A stretch of 40,055 nt of DNA from Pseudomonadota bacterium (GTDB lineage Bacteria > Pseudomonadota > Gammaproteobacteria > Burkholderiales > Burkholderiaceae_C). Where the stretch lies: positions 1 through 40,055 of the forward strand of contig JBEDFU010000318.1 of NCBI GenBank assembly GCA_041174965.1, given 5' to 3'. Below are positions 1 to 9,131 of this stretch, one piece after another. Both the position numbers and the translations under genes were made by a program. The notes below the pieces were generated by a model that was not told the origin of the DNA, made no database searches, and was given only the letters and a program-made list of their open reading frames with translations. Position 1 is the stretch's first letter; each line of letters starts with the position of its first letter.

Positions 1-707
1 ACGATGTGGAAACCTTGAACACCTTGATCTGCGCCTACCAATCCATCCTGCCCGGCGAAAAGGCCCGCTCGCACCGCCATGCCACCCACGCCATGCGCGT
101 CATCTTGGATGCGCGTGGCGCCTACTCGGTGGTCAATGGCCACAAGCACCCGATGGAAACCGGCGACATCGTCCTCACCCCCGGCGGCAGTTGGCATGGA
201 CACGGCCACGAGGGCGACACGCAAGCCCATTGGTTTGATTGCCTGGACCTGCCCTTGACGCGCCGGCTGGAAACCGTTTTTTTTGAAGAGCACCCGCTGG
301 GGTTTGAGCCCATCACCCAGACGGCGCCCGAATCCCCGTACCGCTACAGCTGGGCCAGCACACAAGACAAACTGAAAAACGCCACTGACGACCCGCATTG
401 GGGCCCGCACATTGCGCTCGAGGCGGTGGGCATGCCCACCATCACCATCCAGGTGCACCGCTGGGCGCAGGGCTGGGCTGGGCGGCCTTACCGGCACACC
501 GCCAACACATTGCACGTGGTGTTGCAGGGACACGGTCAAACCCAAGTGGGTGAACACAACTATGCGTGGGCGTTTGGCGACACCATCGCCATGCCCGCTT
601 GGCAGCGCATATCGCACCAAGCCTCGGCCGATGCGGTGGTGGTCTCGCTCAGCGACGCCAACCTGCAACGCTGGACCCAGCTTTACCGCCACCAAGCCCT
701 GGACTGA
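1..707 (+). CDS. Cupin-domain dioxygenase, gentisate 1,2-dioxygenase-like (5' truncated by window edge)
   Basis: The frame is open to the window edge. It contains the cupin metal motifs 'ARSHRHA' and 'GDIVLTPGGSWHGH' and a second cupin repeat 'YRHTAN...GDTIAMPAW'. Confidence 0.75.
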   Translation, partial: DVETLNTLICAYQSILPGEKARSHRHATHAMRVILDARGAYSVVNGHKHPMETGDIVLTPGGSWHGHGHEGDTQAHWFDCLDLPLTRRLETVFFEEHPLGFEPITQTAPESPYRYSWASTQDKLKNATDDPHWGPHIALEAVGMPTITIQVHRWAQGWAGRPYRHTANTLHVVLQGHGQTQVGEHNYAWAFGDTIAMPAWQRISHQASADAVVVSLSDANLQRWTQLYRHQALD

Positions 708-730
708 AACCGCCCAGGCCTGGCAAAGCC

Positions 731-805
731 TGGCGCCCCCGACAGGAATCGAACCTGTATCTGAGACTTAGGAGGTCCCCGTTCTATCCATTGAACTACG
801 GCGGC
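731..805 (-). tRNA. tRNA-Arg (anticodon CCT)
   Basis: Reverse complement GCCGCCGTAGTTCAATGGATAGAACGGGGACCTCCTAAGTCTCAGATACAGGTTCGATTCCTGTCGGGGGCGCCA folds as a cloverleaf. It has anticodon loop CTCCTAA, T-loop GTTCGA and an encoded CCA. A -10-like TAGAAT lies at 816-821 (minus). Confidence 0.95.
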
Positions 806-877
806 GTAGGGCTGGATTCTAGGGGGCCAGTGGATGACTTGGTTTTAAAACCATTGCTTTGAACCCACCATGGATGT

Positions 878-2062
878 TCACTTGGACATGGCCCGCATGG
901 CCTCTTCCAGGCCTTTGAGGGTCAAGGGGTACATGCGGTTGGACATCAGTTGCTGGATGACGCTGATGCTTTGGCGGTATTGCCACACGCCCAGGGGTTC
1001 GGGGTTGATCCAAGCGAATTTGGGAAAGGCGTGGGTCAGGCGTTGCAACCATTCGGCGCCAGCTTCTTCGTTGTTGTATTCAACGCTGCCCCCGGGTTGC
1101 AAAATTTCATACGGGCTCATGGTGGCGTCGCCAATGAAGATGAGCTTGTAGTCTTTGTTGTACTTGCGGATGATGTCCCAAGTGTCGAATTTTTCGGCAA
1201 AGCGGCGGCGGTTGTTCTTCCACATGAAGTCGTACACGCAGTTGTGGAAGTAATAAAACTCCATGTGTTTGAACTCGGCTTTGGCCGCGGAGAACATTTC
1301 TTCCACCCGGGCCACGTGTTCGTCCATGGTGCCGCCCACGTCCATCAGCAGCAACACTTTGACATTGTTGTGTCGCTCGGGAACCATTTTGATGTCGAGC
1401 CAACCCGCGTTGGCGGCGGTGCTGCGGATGGTGTCGTCCAAGTCCAGTTCGTCGGCCGATCCTTCACGGGCAAATTTGCGCAAACGGCGCAGTGCCACTT
1501 TGATGTTGCGTGTGCCCAACTCCTGGCTGTCGTCGTAGTCTTGGTAAGCGCGTTGGTCCCAGACCTTGACGGCACTTTTGTTGCCGCCCTTGCCACCGAT
1601 GCGAATACCTTGGGGGTTGTAGCCACCATTGCCAAACGGTGAGGTGCCGCCGGTGCCGATCCATTTGTTGCCACCTTCGTGGCGCTCTTTTTGCTCCTCG
1701 AGGCGTTTCTTCAAGGTTTCCATCAACTCGTCCCAGCCCATTTTTTCGATGGCGGCTTTTTGCTCGGGGGTGAGTTCGCGTTCCAAGATTTTTTGCAACC
1801 ATTCCAAGGGCACTTCTTTGGTGAAGTCGGCGATCATTTCGACGCCCTTGAAGTAGGCGCCAAAAGCCCGGTCGAATTTGTCAAAGTGCTTTTCGTCTTT
1901 GACCAAGGCGGTGCGGCTCAAGTAATAAAAGTCATCCATGCTGCACGCATCGCTGTCGGGGCCGACGACATTGGCTTGCAAGGCTTCGAGCAAGCTGAGG
2001 TATTCCTTGACCGACACGGGCAATTTGGCGGCTCTCAGCGTGTAGAAAAAATCAATCAGCAT
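878..2062 (-). CDS. VWA-domain protein (CoxE-like/PA2705-like partner of MoxR ATPase)
   Basis: Start moved to MLIDFFYTLR (ATG at 2062, purine-rich AAAGGGG upstream). Has MIDAS-like 'LLMDVGGTM', 'YYFHNC', 'GDATMSPYE' and 'WIGTGGTSPFG'. Confidence 0.85.
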   Translation of the reverse strand: MLIDFFYTLRAAKLPVSVKEYLSLLEALQANVVGPDSDACSMDDFYYLSRTALVKDEKHFDKFDRAFGAYFKGVEMIADFTKEVPLEWLQKILERELTPEQKAAIEKMGWDELMETLKKRLEEQKERHEGGNKWIGTGGTSPFGNGGYNPQGIRIGGKGGNKSAVKVWDQRAYQDYDDSQELGTRNIKVALRRLRKFAREGSADELDLDDTIRSTAANAGWLDIKMVPERHNNVKVLLLMDVGGTMDEHVARVEEMFSAAKAEFKHMEFYYFHNCVYDFMWKNNRRRFAEKFDTWDIIRKYNKDYKLIFIGDATMSPYEILQPGGSVEYNNEEAGAEWLQRLTHAFPKFAWINPEPLGVWQYRQSISVIQQLMSNRMYPLTLKGLEEAMRAMSK

Positions 2063-2111
2063 GGCAAGCCCCTTTCGCTGGGCAAACAAGCATTCGATGG
2101 TGTGGGGTGAT

Positions 2112-2708
2112 TCATGGCCTGCGGGGTGTGCACAAAGCGTGATCAAGGTTGGCTCGCACAGCGGGCCACTCGCTGGCCAAGATGCTGTACACGCAGGTGT
2201 CGCGCAAACTGCCATTGGCCGCGATTTGGTGGCTTCGCAACACGCCGTCGAGTTTGGCGCCCAAGCGCTCAATGCCGCGCCGGCTGGCGCTGTTGTGCCA
2301 GTGGGTGCGAAATTCCACCGCGATGCAATCCAGTTGCTCAAAGGCATATCCCAGCAACATGCGCTTGCACTCGGTGTTGAGGGCGGTGCGTTGCAGGCTT
2401 TGGCGGTACCAGGTAGAGCCAATTTCCAAGCGGCGGTTGGCGCCATCGATGTGCATGTAGGTGGTCATGCCCGCCATGCGCTCATCGGGCAAGTGGATCA
2501 CCGCAAAGGGCAGCATGCTGCCGCTGGCTTGCAAGTCCAGTCGGCGCTGTACCTCGCCAAGCATGGCCGCCGGGGTGGGGATGGCGGTGTACCAAAGCTT
2601 CCACAATTCGCCGTCTTGCACCGCTTCGCTGAGTGCATTCGCATGGTCCAAGCTCAGCGGCTCCAAGCGGGCGTATTGTCCTTGCAGGGTGATGGGCTCC
2701 AGGTTCAT
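2112..2708 (-). CDS. GNAT family N-acetyltransferase (RimJ/RimL-like)
   Basis: Start MNLEPITLQG overlaps the upstream stop (ATGA). Motifs 'RLEIGSTW', 'NSASRRGIERLGAKLDGVLR' and 'RDTCVYSILASEW'. Confidence 0.85.
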   Translation of the reverse strand: MNLEPITLQGQYARLEPLSLDHANALSEAVQDGELWKLWYTAIPTPAAMLGEVQRRLDLQASGSMLPFAVIHLPDERMAGMTTYMHIDGANRRLEIGSTWYRQSLQRTALNTECKRMLLGYAFEQLDCIAVEFRTHWHNSASRRGIERLGAKLDGVLRSHQIAANGSLRDTCVYSILASEWPAVRANLDHALCTPRRP

Positions 2709-2929
2709 GGGGCATCTGCCTCGCTGGGCTTCACATGCAACCATCGGCGAGCGGCTTGCAGTCCCAAGCCACCCCCCAAACCGACCAGCGCGATGCCCAC
2801 CATGCTGCGGGCGCTGTAGCCCGCCTCAAACACATCGCAACCCAACCACTGACCGGCAAAAAAGCCCAGCAAGGCGCCCACCACAAACCCGACGGCGTCA
2901 CCCAAACCTTGTGCCAGCAACTCTTTCAT
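2705..2929 (-). CDS. Small two-TM Gly-rich membrane protein (GlsB/YeaQ/YmgE-like)
   Basis: 74 aa with two hydrophobic Gly-rich segments. It fills the gap between MoxR and GNAT, with an ATGA overlap to GNAT. Confidence 0.7.
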   Translation of the reverse strand: MKELLAQGLGDAVGFVVGALLGFFAGQWLGCDVFEAGYSARSMVGIALVGLGGGLGLQAARRWLHVKPSEADAP

Positions 2930-2939
2930 GGGGGGTCGA

Positions 2940-3782
2940 TCAGCGGTTGCGGCTTTGCATGAAAACCAGTTTTTCGAATAAGGTCACGTCTTGTTCGTTT
3001 TTCAGCAATGCGCCCACCAAAGGCGGCACAGCCACTTTGTTGTCTTGGGTTTGCAGGGCTTCCAGGGGAATGTCCTCGGCCACCAACAGCTTGAGCCAGT
3101 CCAGCAATTCGCTGGTGCTGGGCTTCTTTTTCAAGCCGGGGAGGTTGCGCACGTCGTAAAAGGTTTTCATCGCCACGGCCAGCAAGTCTTGCTTCAAGGT
3201 GGGAAAGTGCACCGCGACAATTTGCTTCATGGTGTCGGGTTCTGGGAACTTGATGTAATGGAAAAAGCAGCGGCGCAAAAAGGCGTCGGGCAACTCTTTT
3301 TCATTGTTCGAGGTGATGAACACCAAAGGCCGCGTTTGGGCGCGCACCAACTCGCGGGTTTCGTAGCAATAAAACTCCATGCGGTCGAGTTCACGCAGCA
3401 AGTCGTTGGGAAACTCGATGTCCGCTTTATCGATTTCATCGATCAGCAAGGCCACGGGTTTTTCAGCGGTGAATGCCCGCCACAAAACGCCTTTGATGAT
3501 GTAGTTGTGGATGTCTTTGACCCGCTCATCGCCCAATTGGCTGTCACGCAGTCGGCTGACCGCGTCATATTCATACAGGCCTTGCTGGGCTTTGGTGGTC
3601 GACTTGATGTGCCATTGCAGCAACTCCACGCCCAAAGCCTCGGCCACTTCTTCGGCCAGCATGGTTTTTCCCGTGCCAGGCTCGCCCTTGACCAGCAAGG
3701 GGCGTTTCAGGGTGATGGCGGCGTTGACCGCCAATTTGAGGTCTTGGGTGGCGACGTATTTGTCGGAGCCTTGGAATTTCAT
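2940..3782 (-). CDS. MoxR-family AAA+ ATPase
   Basis: Start MKFQGSDKY (ATG at 3782). Walker A GEPGTGKT, Walker B LLIDEIDKA, sensor-1 TSN and Arg-finger 'LPDAFLRRC'. Confidence 0.9.
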   Translation of the reverse strand: MKFQGSDKYVATQDLKLAVNAAITLKRPLLVKGEPGTGKTMLAEEVAEALGVELLQWHIKSTTKAQQGLYEYDAVSRLRDSQLGDERVKDIHNYIIKGVLWRAFTAEKPVALLIDEIDKADIEFPNDLLRELDRMEFYCYETRELVRAQTRPLVFITSNNEKELPDAFLRRCFFHYIKFPEPDTMKQIVAVHFPTLKQDLLAVAMKTFYDVRNLPGLKKKPSTSELLDWLKLLVAEDIPLEALQTQDNKVAVPPLVGALLKNEQDVTLFEKLVFMQSRNR

Positions 3783-4055
3783 GATTTCTTGTTTCGAAAA
3801 ATGAGGTGTTTTGAAAACAGCTAGTTTATAAGTCAGTTGGCAATGTTTGGATGGGGGATTGTCTTCGCAATGATCAGCATGCAAGCTTACCCGGTGCTTT
3901 TCAAAGGGCGGTTCGGGTTGACCTGGGGGCAAATACTGTCCTTGGTTGATGCCGTTCGCATGAGGTTCGCCACCCAGGGGGCCACCTATAATCACCCACT
4001 TTGCTGAGGGCGCTGAAAATGCCAACCCAAGGTTTTATATTTGAAGGAATCGATC

Positions 4056-4625
4056 ATGACCAAGCTGAAAATTGTGGGTATTTGTGGCAGTTTGCGCGCC
4101 AAGTCGTTTAACTTGTCGGCTTTGCATGCTGCCGGCAACCTGATGCCTGAGGGCATGAGCCTGGAAATCGCGCCCTTGCACGACCTGCCCATGTACAACG
4201 CCGACCTGCAAGAAAAAGGCATGCCTGAGAGCGTGCAAAAGTTGCGTGATCACATGGCCAGCGCTGACGGCTTGTTCATTTCGGCCCCTGAGTTCAACTG
4301 GACCATCTCCGCTCCCCTGAAAAACATGATTGATTGGGTGTCTCGCTTCCCCGCCGGTCAGCAGCCTTTTTTCCAAAAGCCGGTCGCCATTTTGTCGGCC
4401 ACCATGGGTCCTTTGGGCGGTGCTCGGGTGCAGTACGACCTGCGTCGCAGTCTGTCAGGCCTGGGGGTGTTGGATCTGGTCAAGCCAGAGATTTTCATCA
4501 ACAACGCGCACACCAAATTTGATGCCGCTGGTAAATTGACCGATGAGCCCACCTTGAAGATTTTGCAAGAGCAAATGGTCGCGTTCCAAGACTGGATCGT
4601 GCGCATGAAGCGCGCTTACCCATGA
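4056..4625 (+). CDS. NADPH-dependent FMN reductase (ChrR/SsuE-like flavoprotein)
   Basis: Motifs 'GSLRAKSFN' and 'PEFNWTISAPLKNMIDW'. AAGGA SD precedes ATG 4056, and TATAAT lies at 3987-3992. Confidence 0.88.
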   Translation: MTKLKIVGICGSLRAKSFNLSALHAAGNLMPEGMSLEIAPLHDLPMYNADLQEKGMPESVQKLRDHMASADGLFISAPEFNWTISAPLKNMIDWVSRFPAGQQPFFQKPVAILSATMGPLGGARVQYDLRRSLSGLGVLDLVKPEIFINNAHTKFDAAGKLTDEPTLKILQEQMVAFQDWIVRMKRAYP

Positions 4626-4725
4626 TGGTTTGAAGCGGCGGCGTTTGCATGCATACGCCCAGCTTACAAAGGGGGTCGATATAATCGCCCGCATTCATTT
4701 CGACTCTCTCACTCGTCTTTTCAAC

Positions 4726-5382
4726 ATGAACGCCAAACTGTCTTTTGTGCTGGCCTTTGCTGCCGCTTGTGTGACCACTGCCGCTGTGGCCCAAGAGCTC
4801 AAGGGCGATGCCCAAGCCGGGTCTACAAAAATTGCCATGTGCATTGGTTGCCATGGCATCAAGGGCTACCAAGCCAGTTTTCCTGAGGTTTACAAAGTGC
4901 CCATGATCTCTGGTCAAGGTGCCAAGTACATCGCTGCTTCTTTGAATGCTTACAAAACCGGTGAGCGCAAACATCCAACCATGCGCGGCATTGCCCAATC
5001 GTTGACCGAACAGGACATTGCCGATATTTCCGTCTACTACGAGCAGCACGGCACCGCTGTTGCCGTGCCTGACAAAGCCGCTGAAGCCAAAGGCAAAGCC
5101 GCTGAACTGTTGGCCAAAGGTGCTTGTGTGTCCTGCCATGGTCCCAACCTGAACAAGCCGATTGATCCCAGCTATCCCAAGATTGCCGGTCAGCACAAAG
5201 ACTATTTGTTTGTGGCACTCAAGTCTTACAAGGTGGAAGGGCAAGCCACCTGGGGCCGCAACAACGGCGTGATGGGTGGTATCGCCAAGCAGTTCACGAA
5301 TGCCGAACTGAAAGAGTTGGCCCAGTACATCAGCACCCAGCCGGGTGAGTTGCGGGTCGTGCCACAGTCCAAGTTCCGCTGA
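4726..5382 (+). CDS. Periplasmic diheme cytochrome c (c4/c553-type)
   Basis: Signal peptide ending AVA-Q, two CXXCH motifs (CIGCH, CVSCH), and likely Met axial ligands (HPTMRG, GVMGG). TATAAT at 4680-4685. Confidence 0.9.
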   Translation: MNAKLSFVLAFAAACVTTAAVAQELKGDAQAGSTKIAMCIGCHGIKGYQASFPEVYKVPMISGQGAKYIAASLNAYKTGERKHPTMRGIAQSLTEQDIADISVYYEQHGTAVAVPDKAAEAKGKAAELLAKGACVSCHGPNLNKPIDPSYPKIAGQHKDYLFVALKSYKVEGQATWGRNNGVMGGIAKQFTNAELKELAQYISTQPGELRVVPQSKFR

Positions 5383-5474
5383 ACTCCCGCGCAGGGGTTT
5401 TGTGAGCTTGCCCCATCCAGCCTCCATTGATTTCTTCCTGAAAAGGGGTATTTATTGGTAGCGAAAAGACGTCC

Positions 5475-5909
5475 TCAGTCGTGGCTGCTCATGCGTTTGA
5501 CGGCCTCCACATAGGCCGCTCCATCGGGCGGGCGACCACTGCGTTGGCTCTCCCACAGCATCGCACCCAGGCATTCCATCACCGCGTGTTGGGCTTCATG
5601 AATGGAGTTTTTGCGCTCGGCCAGTTGCGCCACCGCGGATTGAATGCCTTGGGGCTGGTCGATCGAGCACTGTTCACTGATGGACAAGTGCATGGACAGG
5701 TGCAAAAACGGGTTGGCGTGTCCGGCTTCGACGGGGTAAGTTTGCTTCAGCGCCCAGGCTGCGTCGGACAAAACTTCATGGAATTCCGGGTGCTCATCCA
5801 CCCATTGGGCCGCCAGTGTTTGCAAAGCGTCCATGGGCTCTCCCTGTCGCGAATGGAGAAAGACTTCGCAAAAAAAGCGACGAACATCATCCTGTGAAGG
5901 TGAAAACAT
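5475..5909 (-). CDS. DUF1841 family protein
   Basis: Start MFSPSQDDVRRFF. Family-typical motifs 'HPEFH', 'NPFLHLSMHLSISEQCSIDQP' and 'HEAQH..MECL'. Confidence 0.8.
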   Translation of the reverse strand: MFSPSQDDVRRFFCEVFLHSRQGEPMDALQTLAAQWVDEHPEFHEVLSDAAWALKQTYPVEAGHANPFLHLSMHLSISEQCSIDQPQGIQSAVAQLAERKNSIHEAQHAVMECLGAMLWESQRSGRPPDGAAYVEAVKRMSSHD

Positions 5910-6049
5910 GCATGTGACCAGGTGGATAAGGCAAAGCCCACCGGGTGTGGGCTTCTGGGCTTGAATCATAATTGTTGCCGAACTGGGCACGCCAGCCCGC
6001 GCACCGGCCTGTGCCTGTGTCAACGAATTTATTTTGTCAAAGGACCTCC

Positions 6050-7252
6050 ATGAACCACGCCTTCATTTGTGACGCCATTCGCACCCCTTTTGGTCGTTAT
6101 GGGGGGGCTTTGTCGTCGGTGCGCACCGATGATTTGGCGGCGGTTCCCTTGATGGCTTTGATGGCGCGCAACCCCCAGGTTGATTGGGCCGCCGTGACCG
6201 ATGTGATTTATGGCTGCGTGAACCAAGCCGGTGAGGACAACCGCAACGTGGCCCACATGGCCAGCTTGTTGGCAGGCTTGCCGGTGGGTGTGCCTGGGGC
6301 CACCATCAACCGCTTGTGCGGTTCGGGCTTGGACGCGATTGGAACCGCTGCGCGCGCCATCCGCGCGGGTGAAGCCCAGTTGATGATTGCCGGGGGTGTC
6401 GAGAGCATGAGCCGCGCCCCCTTTGTCATGCCCAAAGCAGACAGCGCATTTGGGCGCAACGCCGAAATTCATGACACCACCATTGGCTGGCGCTTTGTGA
6501 ACAAAAAAATGAAGGCGCAGTACGGTGTGGACTCCATGCCCGAGACGGCAGAAAACGTGGCCACGGAACATGGCATTGAACGTGAAGCCCAAGACCGCAT
6601 GGCCTTGGCCAGCCAGCGCAAGGCGGTGGCGGCTCAAAAGGCCGGATTCTTTGACCAAGAAATCACCCCGGTGAGCGTGCCCCAGCGCAAAGGCGACCCG
6701 GTGGTGCTGGCCCAAGACGAGCATCCCCGCGAGACCAGCATCGAGTCATTGGCCAAGCTCAAAGGCGTGGTGCGCCCCGACGGGACGGTGACGGCAGGCA
6801 ACGCCAGTGGCGTCAATGACGGGGCTTGTGCCTTGTTGCTGGCCGACGAAAAAACCGCTGCCCTGCAAGGCTTGACGCCGCGCGCCCGGGTGGTGGGCAT
6901 GGCCACGGTCGGCGTGCCACCCCGGGTCATGGGCATTGGGCCTGCACCGGCGACCGAAAAAGTGATGGCGTTGACGGGCTTGAGCTTGGCGCAAATGGAC
7001 GTTATCGAACTTAACGAAGCCTTTGCCGCGCAAGGCCTGGCGGTGCTGCGCATGCTGGGTTTGTCAGATGATGATGCGCGCGTCAACCCGAATGGCGGGG
7101 CGATTGCATTGGGTCACCCTTTGGGGGCCAGCGGAGGCCGTTTGGTCACCACCGCCATCAATCAATTGCACCGCACCGGAGGCCGCTATGCCTTGTGCAC
7201 CATGTGCATTGGGGTGGGGCAGGGCATTGCCCTGATCATTGAGCGGGTTTAA
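6050..7252 (+). CDS. pcaF: 3-oxoadipyl-CoA thiolase (PcaF/PaaJ-type)
   Basis: Motifs 'NQAGEDNRNVA', catalytic 'NRLCGSG', 'NEAFA', 'GHPLGASG' and 'CIGVGQG'. AAGGA SD precedes ATG 6050. Confidence 0.85.
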   Translation: MNHAFICDAIRTPFGRYGGALSSVRTDDLAAVPLMALMARNPQVDWAAVTDVIYGCVNQAGEDNRNVAHMASLLAGLPVGVPGATINRLCGSGLDAIGTAARAIRAGEAQLMIAGGVESMSRAPFVMPKADSAFGRNAEIHDTTIGWRFVNKKMKAQYGVDSMPETAENVATEHGIEREAQDRMALASQRKAVAAQKAGFFDQEITPVSVPQRKGDPVVLAQDEHPRETSIESLAKLKGVVRPDGTVTAGNASGVNDGACALLLADEKTAALQGLTPRARVVGMATVGVPPRVMGIGPAPATEKVMALTGLSLAQMDVIELNEAFAAQGLAVLRMLGLSDDDARVNPNGGAIALGHPLGASGGRLVTTAINQLHRTGGRYALCTMCIGVGQGIALIIERV

Positions 7253-7255
7253 GCC

Positions 7256-8029
7256 TCACTGCTCCACAAAAGCGCGCTCCACCACAAAGTCACCCGGCGT
7301 GGTGGTGTTGCCTTCTTTGAAGCCACGCTCTTCGAGCAAGGCCTTGGTGTCCTTGAGCATTTGTGGGCTGCCGCACAGCATGACCCGGTCGCGTGCCGGG
7401 TCGAGCGGGGGCAGGCCCAGGTCGCTGAAAATCTTTCCACTGGCGATCAAATCGGTGATGCGGCCTTGGTGTTCAAAGGGTTCGCGCGTCACCGTGGGGT
7501 AGTACAGCAGTTGCGCTGACACCATTTCCCCCAACAGTTCGTGCTGCGGTAAGTCTTGTCGCAGGTAGTCCATGTAGGCCAGTTCGTTGACCTGGCGCAC
7601 CCCATGCACCACGATCACTTTGTCAAAACGCTCATAGGTTTCGGGGTCGCGCACGATGCTCAAGTACGGTGCCAAACCCGTGCCGGTTCCCAGCAAATAC
7701 AGGTTTTTACCGGGCAGCAGGTAATCGATCAGCAATGTGCCGGTGGGCTTGCGGCCCACGATCAAGGTGTCGCCCACTTGGATGTGCTGCAAGCGCGAGG
7801 TCAGTGGCCCATCGGGCACCTTGATGCTCAGGAATTCCAGGTGCTCTTCATAGTTGGCACTGACGATGCTGTAGGCGCGCAACAAAGGCTTGCCGTTGAC
7901 CGGCAAGCCAATCATGGTGAAGTGCCCATTGGAAAATCGCAGGGCGGTGTCGCGGGTGGTGGTGAAGCTGAAGAGGCGGTCGGTCCAGTGGTGAACCGAC
8001 AATATTTTTTCTTCGAGGAAGGCACTCAT
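7256..8029 (-). CDS. fpr: Ferredoxin--NADP+ reductase
   Basis: Motifs 'VHHWTDRLFSF', 'RAYSI', 'GTGLAP', 'MLCGSP' and C-terminal 'ERAFVEQ'. Confidence 0.92.
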   Translation of the reverse strand: MSAFLEEKILSVHHWTDRLFSFTTTRDTALRFSNGHFTMIGLPVNGKPLLRAYSIVSANYEEHLEFLSIKVPDGPLTSRLQHIQVGDTLIVGRKPTGTLLIDYLLPGKNLYLLGTGTGLAPYLSIVRDPETYERFDKVIVVHGVRQVNELAYMDYLRQDLPQHELLGEMVSAQLLYYPTVTREPFEHQGRITDLIASGKIFSDLGLPPLDPARDRVMLCGSPQMLKDTKALLEERGFKEGNTTTPGDFVVERAFVEQ

Positions 8030-8338
8030 GAGCAATAGGGCGCTGAATTAAAACCTGATTTTAAGTCAGTGCATCATGGCGGCGATGTGAGTGGATCCGC
8101 AACAGATCGCCCTGGCCATGCTGGGCCAGGCGTGCATTTGGGCTGACAAGCTGACCTGTTGGGGACAGCTGGGCCACAGTCCTTGGTCAACCATGGCAAG
8201 ATGCCTCAGTTGACCATGTGCAAGTGAATGTCCGCCAAGTGCATATTTGCACTGTGTCAGCCTTGACCCACTGAGACTTTCTGTAAACATGTTTAACCAC
8301 CCTCATCCATTGGCTCAGAACTGAATGGGATCCATCGA

Positions 8339-9097
8339 TTGAGCGACGCCTACATCACCGATCCATTTTTTTACGCATTGGCTGTTCCAGCCGTTTTGTT
8401 GCTGGGTTTGAGCAAAAGTGGGTTTGGTGCGGGTTTTGGCTCATTGGCGGTGCCCATCATGGCGATCGCCATCACCGTGCCACAAGCCGCGGCCATATTG
8501 ATGCCCATTTTGTTGGTGATGGACTTGCTGGGCTTGCACGCCTTTCGGCGCGAATACGACCTGAAGTTGCTGCGGTTTTTGATTCCTTGGGGCATGGTGG
8601 GCATTGGCGTGGGCTTTTTGCTTTTCAGGTACATGGAGTCGCGCTGGGTGGCTGGTTTGGTGGGCTTGACCACCTTGCTTTTTTTGGCGCAGCGTTTGAT
8701 ATTTCCCCCAGGGTCGAGCAGCAAAACCGCGCCGACTTGGGTGGGTGCTTTATTGACCGCAACCTCTGGTTTCACCAGTTTCATCGCCCATGCCGGTGGG
8801 CCACCCATCAACGCCTACGTGCTGCCCATGCGCATGGCGCCCATGGTTTATACCGCCACCATGGCGTTTTTCTTTTTCTTTGTGAATGCCGGCAAATGGA
8901 TTCCATATGCCCTCTTGGGCCTGTTGGATTGGCGCAATTTCATGACCTCCCTGATCTTGTTGCCCCTGGCCCCCATCGGGGTGTGGGTGGGCGTTCGCAT
9001 GGCGCGCAAGATTCAGCCCGAATTGTTTTACCGCTTGGTGCAAATTGGCATGTTTTGCACCGGTTTAAAACTGCTGGTCGACGCGGTATTGGGTTGA
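8339..9097 (+). CDS. TauE/SafE family sulfite exporter-like permease
   Basis: Multiple TM helices with 'GLSKSGFGAG' and 'SFIAHAGGPP'. The TTG start is uncertain. Confidence 0.8.
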   Translation: MSDAYITDPFFYALAVPAVLLLGLSKSGFGAGFGSLAVPIMAIAITVPQAAAILMPILLVMDLLGLHAFRREYDLKLLRFLIPWGMVGIGVGFLLFRYMESRWVAGLVGLTTLLFLAQRLIFPPGSSSKTAPTWVGALLTATSGFTSFIAHAGGPPINAYVLPMRMAPMVYTATMAFFFFFVNAGKWIPYALLGLLDWRNFMTSLILLPLAPIGVWVGVRMARKIQPELFYRLVQIGMFCTGLKLLVDAVLG

Positions 9098-9131
9098 ACT
9101 TGGCCCAACCTTTGCGCTGTTCTGGGGTTTC

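Noticed and set aside
2063-2446. N-terminal extension of the VWA ORF in the ORF track (522 aa)
   Set aside because: It overlaps the GNAT gene in another frame. The SD-supported start at 2062 gives a family-typical N-terminus.
3783-4055. Upstream extension of the MoxR ORF, or a hidden gene in the 273-bp gap
   Set aside because: The extension has no family-like sequence. The region holds a TATAAT and AT-rich stretches consistent with divergent promoters, and I found no convincing small ORF or RNA structure.
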